Sequence record: NC_005066.1
From: Escherichia phage RB49
Strand: one strand, 5' to 3'
DNA length: 64,000 bases
Below the pieces are notes generated by a model. The model was not told the origin of the DNA, ran no database searches, and saw only the letters and a list, made by a program, of their open reading frames with translations. This document shows positions 34,332-43,255 of the stretch, one piece after another (within the stretch, counting starts at the first letter, position 1; every line of letters begins with the position of its first letter). Position numbers and translations under genes: made by a program.

Positions 34332-34607
34332 TCAGGACATTGCCCGTTTGAATGCGTCCATTATAACAGTGTTATTTGGCTTGTCAACACGTTTTTGAAC
34401 TTTATTTTTAAATTTTTTGTTGATGTGGTGTTTACGATAAACAACCTTTTCACGGTTGGCGTAAGCCTCTCGTGCGTCTTTTACCATCAACCATGCCTTA
34501 GCCGCATCTTGTCCGCTGATCCCGCCAATCTTCTTAGCAATATCAACAAAATTAAGACCGTGGTCTTCGCGTAGCATGTAAACCATTAACGCTGTTTTCT
34601 TGTCCAT
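34332..34607 (-). CDS. hypothetical protein (about 91 aa from Met at 34607; ORF open to 34715)
   Basis: internal ATG overlaps stop of upstream small ORF as TGATG. Confidence 0.45.
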   Translation of the reverse strand: MDKKTALMVYMLREDHGLNFVDIAKKIGGISGQDAAKAWLMVKDAREAYANREKVVYRKHHINKKFKNKVQKRVDKPNNTVIMDAFKRAMS

Positions 34608-34804
34608 CACTTCGCCCCATTGACGATTAACAGGATAGTGATCAGCACCGGAAACTGGATCATGATAGTGCCAATAAACCGGATAAATGCATTTTCTGAC
34701 TTCCACACATGACATGCGACTAGCTGATAGACCATTGTTGAAACCAGAACTAGGATATAAACCGAAAGCGGTGTAACTTCGATTAGTCGGGAAATCTCAT
34801 TCAT
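34607..34804 (-). CDS. small hydrophobic (two-helix membrane-like) protein, 65 aa
   Basis: two hydrophobic stretches; stop overlaps next start. Confidence 0.35.
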   Translation of the reverse strand: MNEISRLIEVTPLSVYILVLVSTMVYQLVACHVWKSENAFIRFIGTIMIQFPVLITILLIVNGAK

Positions 34805-34962
34805 ACTTCACCTCATACATTCATAAACACAACAACGAATAATACAGTAACAGTTATCAACGCCATTTTCAACCCCATATTCATAATATTTTCTTCGCCT
34901 CACGATGGACAGTAGCATGTCGATTCGTGCCATTATAGTCATCTAAATCGCTCTGTCAAGAA

Positions 34963-34996
34963 CAAAAAAACAAAAAAGCCACCCCGAAGGATGGCT
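34963..34996 (-). terminator. intrinsic terminator after hoc (minus strand)
   Basis: hairpin with UUCG loop followed by long T-run on minus strand. Confidence 0.55.
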
Positions 34997-35007
34997 GATA
35001 GATTTCA

Positions 35008-36222
35008 TTAAGCAGGATGCGTTTCACGAATGCGTAGAACTCGCTCTAACGTCTCTCGGTCCAGTTTATGTAACTCTTTAGACTGATACATGAAACCATT
35101 GCGAGATTCCATGCATGTGCAATCACTATATTTTTCTTCCGCTGCTGCGATCGTCTCCAGATCTTTGGCGTACTTGCTGGTTGAATAAACTTCTCGATCA
35201 CGCCACTCTAACCCAGCCTCATTGAATTTAACAATCTCGTCAAATACCCACCATCCAATGTAGATAAATGAAGTTTTGCGCCACGGGATCGGGTGTACGT
35301 AACGAAACATTTTAACAACTTCCATTGAACATTTTCGGCTTGTACTTGCTGCAACTTCTACTGTTTCATCTTCGATCTGTTGATATAGTTTAGCAACACA
35401 CCAGAATTTGGCTGTGTCATCGTAAGTAGCACTCTCTTTGAACAGATGACCGTCTGGAGTGATAGAAAATCCTTCCAGTGCTTCGCCGACCTCACTACCG
35501 ATCAGAGTCGGTGACAGTTGCCCTTCGCGCTGCAAATACCAGTTATATTTGATCGTCAAATTAGGCATACCGCTAGAATCGCCTACAATGTCCTCTGACA
35601 CAACATAATTAAGTGAGATCTCATTACCTAGTGCCACGGTCTTTGATTCCACCACATCCTGATCTACGTTCATTGTTGCCAGCATGATTTTAGTCGATGC
35701 GCTAGCGGCTGAATCTTCCGACTCTCCCCACACTTTTACAGTATACACGCCGTTTTTATCTGCTGTAAATTCTTGGATCGTAATATCCTGTGTTGTGTCT
35801 ATAACGTCTTCGCCCTTACTCCAACTATAATGTAGTTCATAGTTGTCTGCTGGAGTCTTCCCACCAGAAAATTTTACTGTTGCATGTAATTCTACGTCTG
35901 TTTGTGATGATACGTAGAAATGCTGCGGTTCGGTGATATTTACGATTAACTCAGCTTCTTCCATGAGGAAAACTTCAGATTCTACTGATGTCATCGTATC
36001 GGTATCTTGTACCGTGACTTTATAGCTACCCGCATTTTCACTTGTTGCGTCTGCTACAGTTAGCGTAGCTGTGTTATTTTCATGTGGTTGGTCGTCTTTT
36101 GTCCATGTATATGTCAAATTGCTGGGTAATGGTTCGTCACCCGCTACAGTCGCTGTTAAGGTGAAACCATCTCCAGCAAGAAAACATCTTTTGTTAGATT
36201 GTATTGATACTGTGAAAGCCAT
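35008..36222 (-). CDS. hoc: Hoc, highly immunogenic outer capsid protein (Ig-like domains plus capsid-binding C-terminus)
   Basis: 404 aa; repeated Ig-like segments (YTWTKD...AGSYKVTV), C-terminal GWWVFDEI...ESRNG as in T4 Hoc. Confidence 0.8.
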   Translation of the reverse strand: MAFTVSIQSNKRCFLAGDGFTLTATVAGDEPLPSNLTYTWTKDDQPHENNTATLTVADATSENAGSYKVTVQDTDTMTSVESEVFLMEEAELIVNITEPQHFYVSSQTDVELHATVKFSGGKTPADNYELHYSWSKGEDVIDTTQDITIQEFTADKNGVYTVKVWGESEDSAASASTKIMLATMNVDQDVVESKTVALGNEISLNYVVSEDIVGDSSGMPNLTIKYNWYLQREGQLSPTLIGSEVGEALEGFSITPDGHLFKESATYDDTAKFWCVAKLYQQIEDETVEVAASTSRKCSMEVVKMFRYVHPIPWRKTSFIYIGWWVFDEIVKFNEAGLEWRDREVYSTSKYAKDLETIAAAEEKYSDCTCMESRNGFMYQSKELHKLDRETLERVLRIRETHPA

Positions 36223-36391
36223 ATAAAGCCACTCCCATCGAAAATCCGAATTTAATTAATTGAAATAGTTGATTGTCATCAACCAGATAACCATTGCGAG
36301 ATTCCAATACATGAGTATTAGAATAGTGATGCAACGAGGCCGAAATAGTATCGATCTCGTCTGGGTATTTGTTCTGTTTGATGTAATACAT
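36194..36391 (-). CDS. short ORF resembling the Hoc C-terminal tail (possible duplicated fragment or pseudogene)
   Basis: KYPDEIDTISASLHHYSNTHVLESRNGYLV parallels hoc KYAKDLETIAAAEEKYSDCTCMESRNGFMY; no convincing RBS. Confidence 0.3.
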   Translation of the reverse strand: MYYIKQNKYPDEIDTISASLHHYSNTHVLESRNGYLVDDNQLFQLIKFGFSMGVALYGFHSINTI

Positions 36392-36486
36392 TGATTTTGT
36401 TAGACATGTAGTATCCTCTTTTTAATTGCATAACGGAACTACAATTAAAATTATAACAAATATTTCACAACTTTTATCACCCAAAA

Positions 36487-37215
36487 TTACTTGAGTGTGT
36501 GGAATTGGCTATGTTTAGTCTCTCGCACCTTGACAGACCCATCGCGTTTGATATAATAGATCAGTGACTTGAGGGTGTCGTGTACATACGCGTGCGGGAA
36601 ACGCTCTGGATACTTCTTCCAATCTGGAGTATTAACGATCCAGTCGAAAATCCACCACGGGCAGGAGTAGTAACCACGACCGCCACCGATCAAGCAAATG
36701 GTCGGACGGAAGCCAGTAAGATCGCAAAATGAATCAGTGTCATGTGCTGGGGAACGATGTTCTGCTTCGTCAGAGAAAATGTTGGCTACCGGAGATTCCA
36801 CTTTAACTTCCGGTACATCTACAACTTCAATTGTAACTGGTACTGTGTGTGGTTTGGCTTCTTCTACAACTTCAATTGTAATTGGTTCTTCTTTTTGTTC
36901 TGGTTCTTTCATTGCTTCAACCAGAGACGGATCAACTTCGTCGAATACCACTTTATCATCTACGGTGTCTGCTGCCAGAATAAGATCGTTAATACTGGTT
37001 CCTTCTGCCGGAGTTTCTTCTTCCATTTCGGAAGCCAGTTTAGTTAATTCGGTTTCTACGAACTCGATCATGTTCTCTAGTGATAAAGTCTTTTTGACCT
37101 TAATATCAAATTGTTTTGCGTAGTCAGCTAATTCTGTTTTAGCTGTTTTCTGTGCTTCTTTGTCGTCGGACGCCGCAATAGCGCGGAGTTCTTCGAAATA
37201 TTCTTTATCAAACAT
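36487..37215 (-). CDS. Inh-like acidic protein with Hoc-like WW capsid-binding motif
   Basis: 242 aa; acidic low-complexity N-terminal two thirds; C-terminal CPWWIFDWI; position of T4 inh next to hoc. Confidence 0.5.
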   Translation of the reverse strand: MFDKEYFEELRAIAASDDKEAQKTAKTELADYAKQFDIKVKKTLSLENMIEFVETELTKLASEMEEETPAEGTSINDLILAADTVDDKVVFDEVDPSLVEAMKEPEQKEEPITIEVVEEAKPHTVPVTIEVVDVPEVKVESPVANIFSDEAEHRSPAHDTDSFCDLTGFRPTICLIGGGRGYYSCPWWIFDWIVNTPDWKKYPERFPHAYVHDTLKSLIYYIKRDGSVKVRETKHSQFHTLK

Positions 37216-37241
37216 GTTATTCTCCTGAATGGGGGTGTTTG

Positions 37242-37249
37242 TATAAATA
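37242..37249 (+). promoter_or_regulatory. T4-type late promoter TATAAATA
   Basis: exact TATAAATA upstream of uvsW. Confidence 0.55.
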
Positions 37250-37285
37250 TTTGTATACTGTATTTATTGAGTGAGGCTATTCGCT

Positions 37286-38788
37286 ATGCAAGATATTAAA
37301 ATTCACTTTCTGAACTACTCCCATGTTCAAATTGAATGTAGCGATTCAATTTTATTAGAAATGCGAGATTATTTTAGTTTTGAAGTCGAGGGAGCGCGGT
37401 TTCAAAAAAGATTTAAGTATGGTGGATGGGATGGGCGTATTCGTCTTTTAGATTACAACGGAAAGCTGCCAATCGGCCTAACTAAAACCGTGGGAATCTT
37501 CGCTAAAAATATGGGCTATAGCGTATGGGTAGATCCTCGCTTATTCGAAAAAGAACAAGTTACAGAAGAAGAAATTACAAAATGGTGTAATGACTTAGAA
37601 TTATATTCCGGTGCTAACAGGATCACCCCGCACTGGTATCAATCAAAGGCTGTCTTTGAAGGTATTCATCATAAACGCCGTATGTTAGTTTTGCCTACGT
37701 CCGCTGGTAAATCTGCGATTGCTTGTATGTTGTCTCGTTGGTACTTAGAGAACTACGAAGGGAAAGTGCTGATCATCGTTCCTACCACGTCGCTAGTGCT
37801 GCAAATGCGTGATGATTTTGTTGATTATCGCCAGTTTCCGTATGAAGCAATTCATACTATCATGAGCGGTACTAGTAAACACGTAGGTGATCGCCTGATC
37901 GTTGTTAGTACGTGGCAATCAGCATGTAAACAGCCGAGTGAATGGTTCCAGCAATTTGGGATGGTTATTGTTGATGAATGTCACAAGGCCACTGCTAAAA
38001 ACCTGCTAAACATCGTTACTGATATGGATCATTGCCAGTTTAAGATCGGTATGACTGGTTCCCCTCGTGACGGGAAAGCTAACATGATGCAGTATGTCGG
38101 TCTTTTCGGTGATATTTCTAAGATCGTGAGTATTGACCGCCTGATGGAAGAAGGTCAAGTGACGAAACTGAAAATCAACTGTCTTTTCCTTCGTTATACC
38201 GATGAGGAATGTAGCGCGGTTAAGGGTAGAGAATATGCGGAAGAGATCAAGTATATTACGTCTAACCCACGACGTAATAAGTTTGCTTGTAATTTGGCGC
38301 TAAAACTCGCTAAGAAGGGCGAAAACGTATTCCTGATGTTCCGCAATACTAAGCACGGAAAACTTATGTATGATGCGTTACAGAAGGTACACGACAAGGT
38401 TTATTATATTGACGGTGGAGTTAAGACAGAAGAACGTGATGAATTTAAGAAATTAGCGGAAGGGGAAACAGGGATCATTTGCGTTGCATCCTATGGTGTG
38501 TTCTCTACTGGTGTTTCAATTAAGAACTTGCACCATGTTATTTTCGGTCATCCAGTGAAGGAATCAACTATCGTTCGTCAGAGTATCGGTCGTGCATTGC
38601 GTAAACATGGTTCTAAGGATATTGCAACGGTCTGGGATCTTATAGATCATCTGGCGGTGAAGACAAAGAGCAAGAATGCTAAGAAACAGTTTAGCCACCT
38701 TAATTATGCTCTTAAACATGCCCTTGAAAGAATAAAAATTTACAACACCGATCGATTCGAATATGTCACGAAAACCATCGAGATTTAA
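37286..38788 (+). CDS. uvsW: UvsW DNA helicase (SF2)
   Basis: start placed at MQDIKIHF (T4 UvsW-like); Walker A PTSAGKS, DECH box; ORF track begins at an upstream GTG. Confidence 0.9.
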   Translation: MQDIKIHFLNYSHVQIECSDSILLEMRDYFSFEVEGARFQKRFKYGGWDGRIRLLDYNGKLPIGLTKTVGIFAKNMGYSVWVDPRLFEKEQVTEEEITKWCNDLELYSGANRITPHWYQSKAVFEGIHHKRRMLVLPTSAGKSAIACMLSRWYLENYEGKVLIIVPTTSLVLQMRDDFVDYRQFPYEAIHTIMSGTSKHVGDRLIVVSTWQSACKQPSEWFQQFGMVIVDECHKATAKNLLNIVTDMDHCQFKIGMTGSPRDGKANMMQYVGLFGDISKIVSIDRLMEEGQVTKLKINCLFLRYTDEECSAVKGREYAEEIKYITSNPRRNKFACNLALKLAKKGENVFLMFRNTKHGKLMYDALQKVHDKVYYIDGGVKTEERDEFKKLAEGETGIICVASYGVFSTGVSIKNLHHVIFGHPVKESTIVRQSIGRALRKHGSKDIATVWDLIDHLAVKTKSKNAKKQFSHLNYALKHALERIKIYNTDRFEYVTKTIEI

Positions 38789-38793
38789 TAAAT

Positions 38794-38817
38794 AGGGGCT
38801 TTAATGCCCCTTTATTC
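38794..38817 (+). terminator. intrinsic terminator after uvsW
   Basis: hairpin AGGGGC-TTTAAT-GCCCCT then TTTATT. Confidence 0.5.
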
Positions 38818-38831
38818 TACGGAGATTAAAA

Positions 38832-39068
38832 ATGATTAGCTTTAAACGTTTTTTGGTTGAGGCCGCTATTGACGGTTTCATGAGTAAGATTTATTCTTGT
38901 AATACTATCGAGGGATTAAATGAACTTGAGGCATATTATGAGAAGCGCAAGAAAGAAACAGAATTGAAACCTGCTGATGATATTTCGATCCGTGATGCCA
39001 TCGCTGGACGCCGTAAGCAATTGGAAGCGGACAACGAGCCAGAAGAGGAGCCGGAAGAGGATTTTTAA
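38832..39068 (+). CDS. uvsW.1: UvsW.1-like small acidic protein
   Basis: 78 aa ORF immediately after uvsW, as in T4. Confidence 0.65.
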   Translation: MISFKRFLVEAAIDGFMSKIYSCNTIEGLNELEAYYEKRKKETELKPADDISIRDAIAGRRKQLEADNEPEEEPEEDF

Positions 39069-39079
39069 GATATAAAAAA

Positions 39080-39104
39080 GCCCCATCATTGATGGGGCAA
39101 AATA
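39080..39104 (-). terminator. hairpin terminator (minus strand)
   Basis: GCCCCATC-AAT-GATGGGGC followed by T-run on minus strand. Confidence 0.45.
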
Positions 39105-39131
39105 AACCAATTAAAATCGGTTATCAACAAA

Positions 39132-39308
39132 TTACATTAACAGCATTGTTTGCTCTACGAGTTGTTCTTGTTCTTCGCCGTTCGCATCTTCACTAATCGA
39201 ACGTTCTGTTACTAGCTGTAAGCAGTAGCCAGTATGAACAACGCCGTTTTCTGTCTGGACGGATAACGCATCCTCGACAGGTTGTTTACAACAAATACAG
39301 ATTTTCAT
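39132..39308 (-). CDS. small hypothetical protein (58 aa, Cys-containing)
   Basis: ATG at 39308 preceded by GGAGGA; below ORF-track cutoff. Confidence 0.4.
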   Translation of the reverse strand: MKICICCKQPVEDALSVQTENGVVHTGYCLQLVTERSISEDANGEEQEQLVEQTMLLM

Positions 39309-39329
39309 AAAAATTCCTCCTGCATGTAT

Positions 39330-39737
39330 TTAGCGACCAGATTCCAGCATACGCAATTCTATAGCATTCTTGATCGCAAAGCCACGAGATTTAACGATAT
39401 CAAGTGCGCGACCAGCAAAATCCATTACCATCTGGTAATATGCAATTTTCGTATCAAGCGGTAAGATCTCGTCGTCTGCTGCCATGACAACTTTCAATTC
39501 TGATTTCTCATATTCAGCACGACACCAGTCATCACTACGGTTAGTGTAAAAGTCAAGACGATTTTTCATAGCCTTTTTCTTTTTAGCCTCAAGAGCAATC
39601 GTCTCTCTTTTCGCCTCGCTGTAAATCCTTAACCACTTTGAGTATACTACCGGATTATTCAGCGCCTCCCATTGCAACTTAGTCGCATCGATCTTCATGT
39701 CAGCTTCTAATTGTTCTTTCAAATCGTTTAGGTCCAT
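39330..39737 (-). CDS. uvsY: UvsY recombination mediator
   Basis: 135 aa; T4 UvsY-like (KSRGFAIK, YSKWL). Confidence 0.85.
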   Translation of the reverse strand: MDLNDLKEQLEADMKIDATKLQWEALNNPVVYSKWLRIYSEAKRETIALEAKKKKAMKNRLDFYTNRSDDWCRAEYEKSELKVVMAADDEILPLDTKIAYYQMVMDFAGRALDIVKSRGFAIKNAIELRMLESGR

Positions 39738-39784
39738 AATATCCCCTTATTCACACTAAGACCTATATCATATCACACACAAAA

Positions 39785-40183
39785 TCACTTTGCAAGTCTT
39801 ATGCGTAGTTGTTCAAGATCATCTGGGTTGTCTATTACTGAAAAGTAGATTGATACTATGATTGAGTTATCGTCGTACTGCGGAGTTACTTCTACTGTCA
39901 GGTTTCGGACCCGTGGTTCATAGTTTCGGATCGCCTCATTGATGTTTTTTGATAAGGTATCCACCGTCAGTGGGTTCATGTTCTCAAACAAAGATTTATT
40001 GAGATCGCATCCAAACAGTGGATCAAATGGACGAGATCCCTTGCGAGTAGTCACGATCAGTAGAATAGAATCCTTAACCGCTTTAATCCCTATGTTCTTT
40101 TTAACGTCGTTATTCCACGATCTGGATATATTGAGATCCAAATCAGTATACATCTGATTAATAGTTGCCATGTTATACCTCAA
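39785..40183 (-). CDS. 25: baseplate wedge protein gp25
   Basis: 132 aa, same length as T4 gp25; gpW/gp25-family features. Confidence 0.85.
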   Translation of the reverse strand: MRYNMATINQMYTDLDLNISRSWNNDVKKNIGIKAVKDSILLIVTTRKGSRPFDPLFGCDLNKSLFENMNPLTVDTLSKNINEAIRNYEPRVRNLTVEVTPQYDDNSIIVSIYFSVIDNPDDLEQLRIRLAK

Positions 40184-40809
40184 AGAATTTTAAGGAAACT
40201 GGATAGACCTGATAATGAATATACACCAGATTCCCCGCATTCGCACTTGATCGGTACTGCCAGCGTGATTTGATTTCTTGTTAGCTCGTCGATCACTTCT
40301 TCCACTTTATCCGTGGTAAGCATATCCAGCACGCGGTCAAAGTCCTGTGCGTTCAGGTCGTCTATATTGAATTGCTGATCGCCGATCACGATATATTCGA
40401 TACATGCAATTACCATCTGCATAATATCAACATCTTCTGTAAACTTAGGTTGACGAAACTTGATTTTTACTTGTCCTAAGTCCAGAATATACGGTTCAAC
40501 TTCTGGTATCTGTGTGCGTGAAACATCAAGAGAGTATACTTTCTCTTTATTGCATACACCACACACCCAAGTAGCATCAAATTTCATCTTATTGAGGCTG
40601 TGACACCATAAGAGAAGAAAAATATATTCTGCTTCGCATTTCTCTAGCTCTAATGCATTGATCCCCGTACATTCATGTATGATCTCTATAACAACCTCTG
40701 ACAGCTTGCCAGTCTCTTTTGCTGCTACCAGTTTTTGAAATTCGCCGAAGGTGAAAGCACGGGCGTGTATCAACTTTTCGCCTAATTGGATCTTGAAAAA
40801 GTATTGCAT
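40180..40809 (-). CDS. 26: baseplate hub protein gp26
   Basis: 209 aa; synteny, start overlaps gene 25. Confidence 0.75.
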   Translation of the reverse strand: MQYFFKIQLGEKLIHARAFTFGEFQKLVAAKETGKLSEVVIEIIHECTGINALELEKCEAEYIFLLLWCHSLNKMKFDATWVCGVCNKEKVYSLDVSRTQIPEVEPYILDLGQVKIKFRQPKFTEDVDIMQMVIACIEYIVIGDQQFNIDDLNAQDFDRVLDMLTTDKVEEVIDELTRNQITLAVPIKCECGESGVYSLSGLSSFLKIL

Positions 40810-40851
40810 AATAAAACACCCTTTATAAACACATAGAATTATTTAGTATTT

Positions 40852-40859
40852 TATAAATA
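40852..40859 (+). promoter_or_regulatory. T4-type late promoter TATAAATA
   Basis: exact TATAAATA 21 nt upstream of gene 51 in divergent 26/51 intergenic region. Confidence 0.6.
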
Positions 40860-40879
40860 CCCGAAAGGGGGATTATACC

Positions 40880-41650
40880 ATGAATATTATCCGAATAAAA
40901 CTACCGGAAGGTGTGCAGAGATTTAAACCGTTCACGGTAAAAGATTATAGAGATTTCCTTCTGGTGTCAACTGAAATTAAGATGAATCCAGAAGAAGAAC
41001 AAACGATTCTTGATGAGCTATTAGAAGAAATATATCCAGACGTAGACCCGGCATTTCGTGAATATATTTTCCTGAATGTCTTTACTAGTTCAATTGGTAA
41101 AACTAAGATACCGCTTTGTTTTACTTGCCCGACTTGCAACAAAGAAAGAAAAATGTTGCTTAACTTACAGGTTGAAGCACTAAAACCAATCGTTCTAGAG
41201 GCCGCAGGGCTTAAAATAACTTTCCGGTATGTTAAACCATCAACCGACTATGCAAAAACGTTTCTGGATGCGATAGAGCGTGTATCTGATGGTATTAATG
41301 ATTATCTATGGACTGAATTACCGGAAGAAGTTAGAGAACAGGTTATAGATTCAATCTCATTTGCTGAATTTGAAGAAGTTGTTAAGCAGATGCACACAAT
41401 CAAGATCGAACAAAAGATATCTTGTTGTGAAAGTCATGACCTGAAATACATAGGTCTTCTTCCATTGTTCAAATTGTTGTTGAATCCAGATGAGTTATTC
41501 ATCTTTTATCGAATAAACCATCTATTGGCAAAATCAAATTATTCTATCAGTGATCTTATGGATATGTTACCGATTGAGAGAAACATTGCACTGACACTGG
41601 TCGAGAAAGACGTAAAAGAGGCAAATAATGCAAAGAACGGGGTTTCCTAA
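40880..41650 (+). CDS. 51: baseplate hub assembly protein gp51
   Basis: 256 aa; synteny. Confidence 0.75.
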   Translation: MNIIRIKLPEGVQRFKPFTVKDYRDFLLVSTEIKMNPEEEQTILDELLEEIYPDVDPAFREYIFLNVFTSSIGKTKIPLCFTCPTCNKERKMLLNLQVEALKPIVLEAAGLKITFRYVKPSTDYAKTFLDAIERVSDGINDYLWTELPEEVREQVIDSISFAEFEEVVKQMHTIKIEQKISCCESHDLKYIGLLPLFKLLLNPDELFIFYRINHLLAKSNYSISDLMDMLPIERNIALTLVEKDVKEANNAKNGVS

Positions 41651-42737
41651 TGTCTCAATAAAACTTTATCAGGATTATGAGGCATTTCTAAATCATCGCT
41701 TTATAGAGTTGGGTGCTACCTTTGTTACAATGACTCTGCGTGATTCGATTCGTGGGGTGAACGAAGGATTGTTGCAATTCTATGATAATAAGGTGATGCA
41801 TACAAAATTAAACGGGAGAGAGATCATTCAGATTTCGCTATCCACTGCTAATACAGATGAAGTGTTTAACCGAATCTATGGGATCTCTCATAGTAATGTA
41901 ACAATTGACCAAAAATCCGACAATATTTTAACATTCCAGTTAAAGAGCTATCACGAAACATTAAACCTTAAATTTTCTCGCTCATTGACAAATAACGCGG
42001 TTAATAACGTAACTAGCATGATTGATGCCATCTATAAGGAAGTTCCTTTATGGAAACCTACTATAAAGGGTGATAACGTTGTTATTCCTCGTTGTCCGTG
42101 GGTTAGTACCATAAATGACTATATGGATTTTGTGAGGGCATACGGGCAAAGCGTAGAAACAGAGTCTTTCGTGTATTGCTGGGAAGATTTTGATGGTATA
42201 ACGATCGCTGGACACGATACAATATTAAAAAATGAGCCAATACCAGCTATAATCTGTGAGCCTAGACTCATGGGGCAGTTTATTGATATGTCGCCTAATC
42301 TGATGGTTTTTAATTTCGAGTGGCAGACTAAGAGTAATGCTAAAGTTAAAAATTCATTTAGCAATGTGACATACACAACTATTGATTTTGTTACTAAGCA
42401 GTATAATAAAATTGTTGTTGGTAATGGGGATAATATTGCACACTTTGCTCATGGTGGCGCTTATGGTAATTTAACTTATAAGAATGCGTTTTTGGAAGGT
42501 TCTAAACTTGCCACAATAGAACAATATGATTCATATGCTACCGCCGTGTGTCACGGTAATTTTTCGTTGCGCCCCGGTATGGTTATTCGATTCTTTGATG
42601 AGAAACAACAAGCACGCAATGATTTTATTGTTGACGAAGTTGTGCATGAAATTAGCCGAGAGCAATCATTAACTCACCTGTATATGATCGGTAACAGCGA
42701 AGAATTACAGGAAGTCAAATTTGAAGGTAAGATATAA
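41628..42737 (+). CDS. 27: baseplate hub protein gp27
   Basis: 369 aa; synteny and size. Confidence 0.85.
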   Translation: MQRTGFPNVSIKLYQDYEAFLNHRFIELGATFVTMTLRDSIRGVNEGLLQFYDNKVMHTKLNGREIIQISLSTANTDEVFNRIYGISHSNVTIDQKSDNILTFQLKSYHETLNLKFSRSLTNNAVNNVTSMIDAIYKEVPLWKPTIKGDNVVIPRCPWVSTINDYMDFVRAYGQSVETESFVYCWEDFDGITIAGHDTILKNEPIPAIICEPRLMGQFIDMSPNLMVFNFEWQTKSNAKVKNSFSNVTYTTIDFVTKQYNKIVVGNGDNIAHFAHGGAYGNLTYKNAFLEGSKLATIEQYDSYATAVCHGNFSLRPGMVIRFFDEKQQARNDFIVDEVVHEISREQSLTHLYMIGNSEELQEVKFEGKI

Positions 42738-43255
42738 TGACAGAAACTAAACCTATGTTAAAATTTGTTGTTCCTGTAAAAAAATTAGAGATAAACGGGA
42801 AACATATTAAGATCCCAAAAATGGGGATTAAGCAACATCGATTATTAAAAGATGTTCGTAGCTGTGATGAAACATTAAAGATTCTTCTTGATTCAATCTG
42901 TCCTGGGTTAAACGCTGCCGAGTCTGAATTGGTTATGCTTAACCTTTGTGCGTTTAATGGTAAGTGTCTGGAAGAAAAAGATGGTCTTAAGCTGTCTGAT
43001 GTGTATATTTGTACAGAGACCGAATTTACTTTAAATGGTAAAGTCTTTAAATTTAAAAATCCAATGTATACTTCTGACCCCATTATCGATGACGCTGATT
43101 TCTTGAGTCATCATTATCACGATCCTAGCGTAGACTTCCATGATTTCCCAGCTTTTATTATGGATTGGGCTACAGGATTAAGAAAAACTATTGCACTGGA
43201 TACACCGGAAGGTACTATCTATGGTGGAATTAACATATTGGATCGCCTATCATGA
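42737..43255 (+). CDS. 28: baseplate hub distal subunit gp28
   Basis: 172 aa; synteny. Confidence 0.75.
   Translation: MTETKPMLKFVVPVKKLEINGKHIKIPKMGIKQHRLLKDVRSCDETLKILLDSICPGLNAAESELVMLNLCAFNGKCLEEKDGLKLSDVYICTETEFTLNGKVFKFKNPMYTSDPIIDDADFLSHHYHDPSVDFHDFPAFIMDWATGLRKTIALDTPEGTIYGGINILDRLS

Noticed and set aside
36392-36486. Possible late promoter for hoc on the minus strand
   Set aside because: No TATAAATA on the minus strand upstream of hoc, the Inh-like gene, gp25 or the DprA-like gene; their promoters may be degenerate and cannot be called from sequence.
36698-37123. 141 aa and 101 aa plus-strand ORFs
   Set aside because: Antisense to the Inh-like gene; low-complexity translation.
39282-39464. 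60 aa plus-strand ORF
   Set aside because: Overlaps uvsY on the opposite strand; no RBS.
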